A stretch of DNA of 51,786 bases from the NCBI GenBank assembly GCA_036846425.1, contig DAIUBY010000008.1, positions 1-51,786 on the forward strand, written 5' to 3'. Positions 1 to 6,779 of this stretch are shown piece by piece. The notes below the pieces were generated by a model that was not told the origin of the DNA, did no database searches, and was given only the letters and a program-made list of their open reading frames with translations. The translations under genes were made by a program, and so were the position numbers. The DNA comes from Polaribacter sp. (lineage in GTDB: Bacteria; Bacteroidota; Bacteroidia; Flavobacteriales; Flavobacteriaceae). Positions within the stretch are counted from its first letter, which is position 1. Every line of letters starts with the position of its first letter.

Positions 1-2
1 CT

Positions 3-74
3 TCATTAAAATTGTCAGACAAAGGTTTGTTTGATGGTACTAATTTTCAATTTACATCTTTGGAAATTAAATAA
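3..74 (+). CDS. 3' end of probable adenine deaminase (partial, enters from window edge)
   Basis: Frame 3 reads SLKLSDKGLFDGTNFQFTSLEIK*, resembling the LKL(T/S)DKGLFD C-terminal motif of adenine deaminases; only 23 aa visible. Confidence 0.6.
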   Translation, partial: SLKLSDKGLFDGTNFQFTSLEIK

Positions 75-113
75 AAGCCCATCTTAATCTTCCCAAAGGA
101 GAGAAACTCATGC
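71..113 (+). repeat. REP-like palindromic repeat, copy 1 (CCCAAAGG core)
   Basis: ATAAAAGCCCATCTTAATCTTCCCAAAGGAGAGAAACTCATGC matches 23802-23844 at 38/43 positions; begins on the upstream TAA stop. Confidence 0.85.
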
Positions 114-151
114 GTTTTTAAGTTGGATTTTTTAAGTTTCTTCAAAATAAT

Positions 152-216
152 AACTAAAAAATTAGTTTAAACTAAATATTTAGTTATATTTGTCAAATCA
201 AACTAAAACATTAGTT
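152..216. promoter_or_regulatory. Three palindromic operators AACTAA-N4-TTAGTT (putative BlaI sites) around a Bacteroidota -7 promoter element
   Basis: Palindromes at 152-167, 170-185 and 201-216; TATATTTG (TAnnTTTG) at 185-192; directly upstream of a BlaI-family gene. Confidence 0.8.
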
Positions 217-221
217 GTAAA

Positions 222-590
222 ATGAAGAAACAATTGACCAAAGCAGAAGAGGAGATTATGCAGGTTTTGTGGGATTTGCAGGCAGGTTCAGTAAAAGATG
301 TAATTGATAAACTTCCCGAACCAAAACCAGCATACAATACTGTTTCCACTATCATCAGAATTTTAGAAACCAAAGAATTTGTGGCGCACAAACCTCAAGG
401 CAGAGGCTATGATTATTATCCATTAGTAGATAAAGAAACTTACAGCAATCAGAGTTTGCATAAAATTATGAATGGCTATTTTGATGGATCATTCAAAAGT
501 ATGGTATCTTTTTTTATGAAAGAAAATGATATGGATATTGCTGAATTAGAAACGATTATGAAAGAAATTAGTAAAGACAGTAGTCAGTAA
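222..590 (+). CDS. BlaI/MecI/CopY family transcriptional repressor
   Basis: 122 aa; LTKAEEEIMQVLW, AYNTVSTIIRILETKEFV winged-helix pattern, YFDGSFKSMVSFF. Confidence 0.93.
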   Translation: MKKQLTKAEEEIMQVLWDLQAGSVKDVIDKLPEPKPAYNTVSTIIRILETKEFVAHKPQGRGYDYYPLVDKETYSNQSLHKIMNGYFDGSFKSMVSFFMKENDMDIAELETIMKEISKDSSQ

Positions 591-604
591 ACAGTAGTCA
601 GTTG
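577..604 (+). repeat. Heptamer tandem repeat (nCAGTan x4) spanning the blaI stop codon
   Basis: ACAGTAG TCAGTAA ACAGTAG TCAGTTG. Confidence 0.7.
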
Positions 605-628
605 AATTTAAAATAATAAAAAAAAGCT

Positions 629-1960
629 ATGATAAACTACATTCTTCAAGTCATTTTATTTCAGGTATTATTTTTGGCTGTGTATGATTTCTTTCTGAGC
701 AAAGAAACCTTTTTCAGTAAAAACAGATGGTATTTAATCAGTACACCATTATTGTCATTTTTAATTCCATTGATAAAAATTCCGAGTTTTCAAAAAGCGG
801 TTTCACAAGAATTTATAGTTATTTTACCTGAAATTGTGTTATCGCCAGAAAAAACAATTCAACGAACGTTTCAAGAAACAACAATGGTTGATTCTGTAAA
901 TTATGTAACTATTTTATTTTGGGTTGGAGTTGCTTTTTTCTCACTGTTATTTTTGTTCAAATTCCTTCAAATTGTAAGTTTTATAAAACAACATGAAACC
1001 ATCAAAAAATCGAATTTTATTTTGATTTTGATTCCAAATCAAAACAAAGCTTTTTCGTTTTTCAATTATATTTTTTTGGGCAAAGAAATTCCAGAATCAC
1101 AAAAAGAAAAAATCATTCAACACGAAATGGTTCACAGCCAACAAAAACACACTTTTGATTTGTTGTACTTTGAGTTTCTCAAAATTAGTATGTGGTTTAA
1201 TCCTATGATTTATGTGTATCAAAAACGAATTTCGTTGGTTCACGAATATATTTCTGATGCTATTGTCGCGAAATCAGAAAGCAAAGAAACGTATATAAAT
1301 AGTTTACTATCCAATTTTTTTCAGGTTGAAAATATTTCATTTGTTAATCAATTTTACAAACCTTCTTATCTAAAAAAACGAATTATGATGATTACAAAAA
1401 AACAATCCAACAGCATAAATCAACTAAAATATTTAGTATTGATTCCTGTATTGATGAGTATGCTTTTTTATAGTGCTTGTAGTGAAAGAACAATTGAGAA
1501 TGAATTGTCATCAAAAAAACAATTACAAACCAAATATAGAAATAGCTTTGGTAAATTAGTAAGTTTTGAAGGTTATATAGAGACCTATTTAGACGATTAT
1601 ATGGGAGATACTCCTCCAAAAGAAGTACAAGAAATTTCTTTTGAAGATTTATCTTCGAATGAAAAAGAAGAGTTCAATAAGTATTTAAAAGGAGAAAAAG
1701 AATATTATAAAAACAGACCAGAAATTTTAAAGAATATACATTATAAATTTTTTAAAATGCCAAATGGTAGAAATGCCTATGGGACCATAGAAAAAGGATT
1801 AAACTTTATTGGAAAGGATAAAGCAATCACTGAAACAGAAGAAATATCATCTTCAGTTATAGAGCAAGCACCAACTTTTCCAGGATGTGAAGATGGTGAC
1901 AAAGATTGTTTTAGAGAAAAATTACAAGAACATTTTAAAAATAATATGTTTAAAAAATGA
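629..1960 (+). CDS. BlaR1-like M56 family metallopeptidase/sensor; C-terminus ends in a truncated TonB-C-like segment
   Basis: N-terminal TM helices, AFSFFNYIFLG, HEMVH (HExxH), WFNP, HEYISD, LKKRIMMI; tail EQAPTFPGC..KDCF; follows BlaI. Confidence 0.9.
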   Translation: MINYILQVILFQVLFLAVYDFFLSKETFFSKNRWYLISTPLLSFLIPLIKIPSFQKAVSQEFIVILPEIVLSPEKTIQRTFQETTMVDSVNYVTILFWVGVAFFSLLFLFKFLQIVSFIKQHETIKKSNFILILIPNQNKAFSFFNYIFLGKEIPESQKEKIIQHEMVHSQQKHTFDLLYFEFLKISMWFNPMIYVYQKRISLVHEYISDAIVAKSESKETYINSLLSNFFQVENISFVNQFYKPSYLKKRIMMITKKQSNSINQLKYLVLIPVLMSMLFYSACSERTIENELSSKKQLQTKYRNSFGKLVSFEGYIETYLDDYMGDTPPKEVQEISFEDLSSNEKEEFNKYLKGEKEYYKNRPEILKNIHYKFFKMPNGRNAYGTIEKGLNFIGKDKAITETEEISSSVIEQAPTFPGCEDGDKDCFREKLQEHFKNNMFKK

Positions 1961-2709
1961 GAAAAATTACAACCAGCTTTTTAATACTAGTTATTATTGG
2001 TCTTTTATGCTTTACAGCTTGCAGTAATAATAAAGAACCACAAATTCCCAAAAAACAAGTAATCACCTATTATCCACTTGATAGATATAAAAATATTCCT
2101 GAGGAATATAAAGATACAACTAAAACGTATATGGATTTATATCATGTTTCCTTTGGAGAAAAAATTCCACAAGGTATAGAAATTGATTATAATAATTTAA
2201 GCGAACCAGAAAAAGATGAGTTTATTGAGCATACTTTGATGTTGCAAAAAATGGGATTTAAATCCCAAAGGAACCTGAAAATAATAGAACCAAAAAATAA
2301 AAGAAAGCTTATTGTAGAAATTTCTGCTGGGAAAATGAATTTTAATGACGGAAGAGATGATAGCATTGAAAATTTAGACTTATTGGATGTTTTACCCACT
2401 TTTCCAAGTTGTAATAAAAATGATAAAGAATGCTTTACTAGTGGTGTTAGAAAAGTATTTTATAAATATTTTGATAAAAAATTATCTAAAAAAATATGTT
2501 TACCAAAAGGTCAATTAACAATGATATTAAATTTTACAGTATCAAACGAAGGACATATAGTTTATGCTTTTGGAAATGCACCAAAAAAAGAATTACTATC
2601 AGAATTAGAAAGAGTTATGAGTTTATTACCTAAAATGAAACCTGCAGAATTAAATGGTGAAAAAGTTGCAGTAAAATATTCGATTCCTATTACTATAAAT
2701 GTTCAATAA
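1957..2709 (+). CDS. Putative lipoprotein with C-terminal TonB-C (energy transducer TonB-like) domain
   Basis: Signal peptide ending ..CFTAC; PTFPSC..ECF, FTVSNEGHIV, LPKMKPAELNGEKVAVKYSIPITINV; ATGA overlap with upstream gene. Confidence 0.75.
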   Translation: MRKITTSFLILVIIGLLCFTACSNNKEPQIPKKQVITYYPLDRYKNIPEEYKDTTKTYMDLYHVSFGEKIPQGIEIDYNNLSEPEKDEFIEHTLMLQKMGFKSQRNLKIIEPKNKRKLIVEISAGKMNFNDGRDDSIENLDLLDVLPTFPSCNKNDKECFTSGVRKVFYKYFDKKLSKKICLPKGQLTMILNFTVSNEGHIVYAFGNAPKKELLSELERVMSLLPKMKPAELNGEKVAVKYSIPITINVQ

Positions 2710-2717
2710 TACTGTAT

Positions 2718-3968
2718 ATGAAAAAGAAAATTGTATTTATTTTATTATTTGTAATTGTAAAAGTTGAAGCGCAAACTCCAACTTTTTCTGCGATTGATAG
2801 TTTGATAGAAAATGGTAGGTATTTGATTGCTTTGCAAAAACTTGAAAAGCTAAAGCCAACCTATCAATCTAATTTTAAAACAGCGTTGATTTACGAATCC
2901 ATAGAAAATTATCTAAAAACAGCTGATTTTTTAGAAAAAGCTTTGCTGTTTCAGCAAGATGATAAAACAAAATTAAAATTGGCAAAAACCTATCAAATTT
3001 TACAAAAATCAGATAAAGCAATTCCTATTTATGAAGAATTAGTTGCCAAAGATTCATTGAATTTAATTTTGAAATTTCAACTCGGAAAATTGTATTTAAC
3101 AGCCAATAAAAGTGAAAAAGCCAAAACTACATTTCAATATTTAATTAAAAAAGAGCCATCAAATGCCCATTTTTCATATCAATTAGCTTTAGCTTTTGCG
3201 CAGCAAAATGATAGAGATAGAATGATCAATAGTTTTATTGATACATATAAAAAAGACACGTTGCATTTAATTGCAATTGTAAATTTAGCATCTAGTTTTG
3301 CCAAATTAGGAGATGTAGATTCAACAATGATGTTTGTAGAAAAAGGATTGATTTTGGATAAAAACCATATCAATTTGAATAAAATTAAAATCAATCAATT
3401 GTATAAAAAAACTGAATATGAGAAAGCAATTCCGTTGTTATTAAATTTAGATAGCATTGACAAAAAAGAAACTTTTAGCACGAGTATGTTAGGCAAAGTA
3501 TATTATTATTTAGACAGTTTAGAGAAAGCCAAAAAGTATTTTAAAAAATTAACAATTTTAGATAAAGAAGATTTTAAATCCTATACATATTTAGGTCATA
3601 TTGCTTTTAAACAGAAAAATTTCAACGATGCAAGAAAGAATTATGTGGTTGCTACATTTATAGGAAAAAGAAAACGCGATGAAGAATTTTATGGTTTGGG
3701 AAGTGTATTTTATGAAACTAAAAACCCAAAACAAGCTATGGATGCTTTTGAAAATGCCTATCAAGAAAATATTAGAAATTATAGAGCTTTGTATCAATTT
3801 GCAAAATTATCTGATGATTATTACAAAGAAAAAAAGACGGCTTATAAGTTGTATGTAAAATATATTGAGAATTTTTATGACACTGACGTAATGATTTCTG
3901 AATATGTAAAACGTAGAATTCAAGAAATCAAAAAAGACTATTTTTTAAAAGGAGAATCTTTGGATTAA
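2718..3968 (+). CDS. Exported tetratricopeptide-repeat protein
   Basis: Signal peptide (VEA/Q); repeated TPR-like helices (LGKLYL..A, LGKVYY..A, LGHIAF, LGSVFY). Confidence 0.8.
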   Translation: MKKKIVFILLFVIVKVEAQTPTFSAIDSLIENGRYLIALQKLEKLKPTYQSNFKTALIYESIENYLKTADFLEKALLFQQDDKTKLKLAKTYQILQKSDKAIPIYEELVAKDSLNLILKFQLGKLYLTANKSEKAKTTFQYLIKKEPSNAHFSYQLALAFAQQNDRDRMINSFIDTYKKDTLHLIAIVNLASSFAKLGDVDSTMMFVEKGLILDKNHINLNKIKINQLYKKTEYEKAIPLLLNLDSIDKKETFSTSMLGKVYYYLDSLEKAKKYFKKLTILDKEDFKSYTYLGHIAFKQKNFNDARKNYVVATFIGKRKRDEEFYGLGSVFYETKNPKQAMDAFENAYQENIRNYRALYQFAKLSDDYYKEKKTAYKLYVKYIENFYDTDVMISEYVKRRIQEIKKDYFLKGESLD

Positions 3969-4009
3969 AATTCGGTAAATTTTACTAAATTCACGCAATA
4001 AACAAATCT

Positions 4010-4486
4010 ATGTTTTTGCGTGTTTTTTTTGTGGCTTTTTTGATGATTTTTTGCAGTTCTTGCGATCGATTTTCGCTACCAAAAAAGCAACAACTTCCTG
4101 ATTTAGATACCATTATTAATTTTAACGAAGTTGATTTTTCACCCTCTTTTGCAGTATGTGATTCCTTGATTGAGAAAGAAGTAAAATCTGCTTGTTTTAG
4201 AACGAATATCCATCAAAAAATAGGTGAGGAGCTACAAAAACAAGTATTTACCATCAAAGATTCTATTGATGAAATTGTTACAGTTCATTTATTGATTGAT
4301 GATAAAGGCGTTGTACAATTAGAACAAATGGAAGCTTCAGAAATCATTAAAGAGCAATTGCCAACTTTGGATAGTTTATTAGCAATCAGTGTTCAAAATT
4401 TGCCAAAAATTTATCCTGCTATCAAAAGAGGAATTCCTGTAAAAACAAAGTATATTTTACCAATAAGAATTCAGTTCAAAGAATAA
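4010..4486 (+). CDS. Putative lipoprotein with TonB-C-like fold
   Basis: Lipobox-like FCSSC; VDFSPSFAVC..ACF; IDDKGVV; PAIKRGIPVKTKYILPIRI. Confidence 0.6.
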   Translation: MFLRVFFVAFLMIFCSSCDRFSLPKKQQLPDLDTIINFNEVDFSPSFAVCDSLIEKEVKSACFRTNIHQKIGEELQKQVFTIKDSIDEIVTVHLLIDDKGVVQLEQMEASEIIKEQLPTLDSLLAISVQNLPKIYPAIKRGIPVKTKYILPIRIQFKE

Positions 4487-4502
4487 TTCTTTTGAAAATT
4501 TT

Positions 4503-5495
4503 TTACAATTGAAGAATTTTCCACAATTTATCTTTCAATTCCATCAAACCCATTTCAGCAACTGACGAAATAAAAACAGTTTCAATTCCTTTAGGAAGTG
4601 TTTCTTTAATTTCATTTTTCAGTTCTTCATCCAATAAATCCGATTTAGAAATTGCTAATAATCTGTGTTTATCTAATAATTCTGGATTGTATTTTTTGAG
4701 TTCATTCAATAAAATATCATATTCAGTATTGATGTCATCACTATCAGCAGGAATCAAAAATAACAATGCTGAATTTCGTTCAATATGACGTAAAAAACGA
4801 TGACCTAAACCTTTTCCTTCAGCAGCACCTTCAATAATTCCAGGAATATCTGCCATCACAAACGTTTGATGATTTCGATATTCAACAATCCCAAGATTAG
4901 GTTTTAAAGTGGTAAAAGCGTAATCTGCAATTTTAGGTTTTGCAGCAGTAACCACAGAAAGTAATGTTGATTTTCCAGCATTTGGAAAACCTACCAAACC
5001 AACATCAGCTAAAATTTTTAATTCAATTCGAAAATAGCCTTCTTGTCCGTCAATTCCTGGTTGTGCAAACCTTGGTGTTTGATGAGTTGCTGTTCTAAAA
5101 TGCCAGTTTCCAAGTCCGCCTTTTCCACCTTCTAAAAGAATAACTTCTTTTTTATCTTCGGTGATTTCCACAATAATTTCGTCAGTATCAGCATCTCTAA
5201 TAATAGTTCCTAAAGGCACATCAATATAAACATCTTCACCATCTGCACCTGTACTTCTACTTTTGCTTCCTGCACCACCTTGAGTTGCTCTGAAATGACG
5301 TTTGAATTTTAAGTGAAAAAGTGTCCATAAATTTTTGTCTCCACGCAAAATAATGTGTCCTCCACGTCCACCATCACCACCATCAGGACCACCTTTTTCC
5401 ACAAATTTTTCTCTATGCAAATGCGTAGAACCTTGACCACCTTTTCCTGAGGAAGCATATATTTTTATGTAATCAACAAAATTTCCTTCAGTCAT
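4503..5495 (-). CDS. obgE: GTPase ObgE/CgtA
   Basis: [12 protein letters not shown]bg domain; [17 protein letters not shown] motifs. Confidence 0.98.
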   Translation of the reverse strand: MTEGNFVDYIKIYASSGKGGQGSTHLHREKFVEKGGPDGGDGGRGGHIILRGDKNLWTLFHLKFKRHFRATQGGAGSKSRSTGADGEDVYIDVPLGTIIRDADTDEIIVEITEDKKEVILLEGGKGGLGNWHFRTATHQTPRFAQPGIDGQEGYFRIELKILADVGLVGFPNAGKSTLLSVVTAAKPKIADYAFTTLKPNLGIVEYRNHQTFVMADIPGIIEGAAEGKGLGHRFLRHIERNSALLFLIPADSDDINTEYDILLNELKKYNPELLDKHRLLAISKSDLLDEELKNEIKETLPKGIETVFISSVAEMGLMELKDKLWKILQL

Positions 5496-5499
5496 TTGG

Positions 5500-5568
5500 A
5501 GTTTTTAGTTTTTAGTGTTTAGTTTTTAGTTCAAAACTTTGAACCTTGAACTTTGAATTTTGAACTTA
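5500..5568. repeat. Two opposed 7-nt-periodic arrays filling the adk-obgE spacer
   Basis: AGTTTTT AGTTTTT AGTGTTT AGTTTTT AGTTCAA then AACTTTG AACCTTG AACTTTG AATTTTG AACTTA. Confidence 0.85.
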
Positions 5569-6684
5569 CAGAGTTTCAAAAACGTTGGAAATTCTATTGG
5601 TAATATCTTCAATAGTCCCAACACCATTGATACCAAAATATTTATTTTGAGCTTCGTAAAAATCTTTTAAAACAGCTGTTTTTGTATTGTATTCATTGAA
5701 ACGATTTCTGATTTTTTCTTCATCAGTATCATCTGTTCTTCCACTGGTTTTTCCTCTTTCTAGAATACGATTTACTAAAATATCTTCAGGAACTTCCAAA
5801 GCAATCATAGCGTCAATTTGCAATTCTTTTGAAGTTAAAAATTCATCCAAAGCAGTTGCTTGAGAGGCTGTTCTTGGAAATCCATCAAAAATGATTCCTT
5901 TGGCATCAGCATTTTTTTCTACTTCTGCTTTTAACATATCAATGGTCACTTCATCAGGAACTAAATCGCCAGCATCAATGTAGGTTTTTGCCAATTTTCC
6001 AAGTGGAGTTTCGTTTTTAATATTGAATCTAAAAACATCTCCTGTAGAAATATGTACTAAATTATATTTCTCTTTTAACAAATCTGCTTGTGTTCCTTTT
6101 CCTGCTCCTGGAGGACCAAATAATACAATATTTTTCATTTTTGGTTTGTTAGTTAATTGATAAATTGCTGGATAATTTCTGCCTAAACCATTGTAATCCA
6201 GACCATATCCAACAATGAATTTGTCTTCTATACTTTTTCCAATGTAATTGATGGGCAACTCTTTTTTAAATACATCTGGTTTAAAAAACAGCGTGGCTAC
6301 TTTTAATTCTTTTACATTTTTGTGCCTAAAAATAGTATAAATTTCTTGTAAAGTGTTGCCTGTATCAATAATATCCTCTAAAATGATGACGGTTCTGCCA
6401 GTCAAATCTTCGTTAATTCCTACTAAATGTTTTATATCATCTGTTGATTTTGTTCCACTATAGGAAGCTAGTTTTACAAAAGATACTTCACAATTTCCTT
6501 GATAAGCTCTAATAAAATCAGCAGCAAATAAAAAGCAGCCATTCAAAATTCCTACAAAAATAGGGATTTCATTTTCAGGTAAATCTTCTTTTACTTGCCA
6601 AGCTAGATTTTTTACAATTGCAGCAATTTCATCCTCTTTGATAAAAGGTGTAAAGTATAAATCGTGCAATTTTATAATTTCCAT
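5566..6684 (-). CDS. hpt-adk: Fused hypoxanthine phosphoribosyltransferase / adenylate kinase
   Basis: N-half: VGILNG, IILEDIIDTGNTL, FIVGYGLDY; C-half from Met at 6138: GPPGAGKGTQA, HISTGD, DGFPR, short-LID GRTDD; no stop between the halves. Confidence 0.92.
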   Translation of the reverse strand: MEIIKLHDLYFTPFIKEDEIAAIVKNLAWQVKEDLPENEIPIFVGILNGCFLFAADFIRAYQGNCEVSFVKLASYSGTKSTDDIKHLVGINEDLTGRTVIILEDIIDTGNTLQEIYTIFRHKNVKELKVATLFFKPDVFKKELPINYIGKSIEDKFIVGYGLDYNGLGRNYPAIYQLTNKPKMKNIVLFGPPGAGKGTQADLLKEKYNLVHISTGDVFRFNIKNETPLGKLAKTYIDAGDLVPDEVTIDMLKAEVEKNADAKGIIFDGFPRTASQATALDEFLTSKELQIDAMIALEVPEDILVNRILERGKTSGRTDDTDEEKIRNRFNEYNTKTAVLKDFYEAQNKYFGINGVGTIEDITNRISNVFETL

Positions 6685-6718
6685 AAAAATGTAAATATAT
6701 TGTGTATCTGTGAAATGA

Positions 6719-6763
6719 AAAAACCGTTTTTAAGCTGATAATCAGTATTTAAAAACGGTTTTT
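6719..6763 (-). terminator. Intrinsic terminator after secDF
   Basis: AAAAACCGTTTTTAA / TTAAAAACGGTTTTT inverted repeat. Confidence 0.75.
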
Positions 6764-6779
6764 AAATAGGTATAAAAAG

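Noticed and set aside
1930..1965. Frameshift joining BlaR1 to the downstream TonB-C ORF
   Set aside because: The downstream ORF starts with its own signal peptide and repeats the sensor module rather than continuing the interrupted domain
5500..5568. CRISPR-like array
   Set aside because: Units are 7 nt with no spacers; no cas genes in the window
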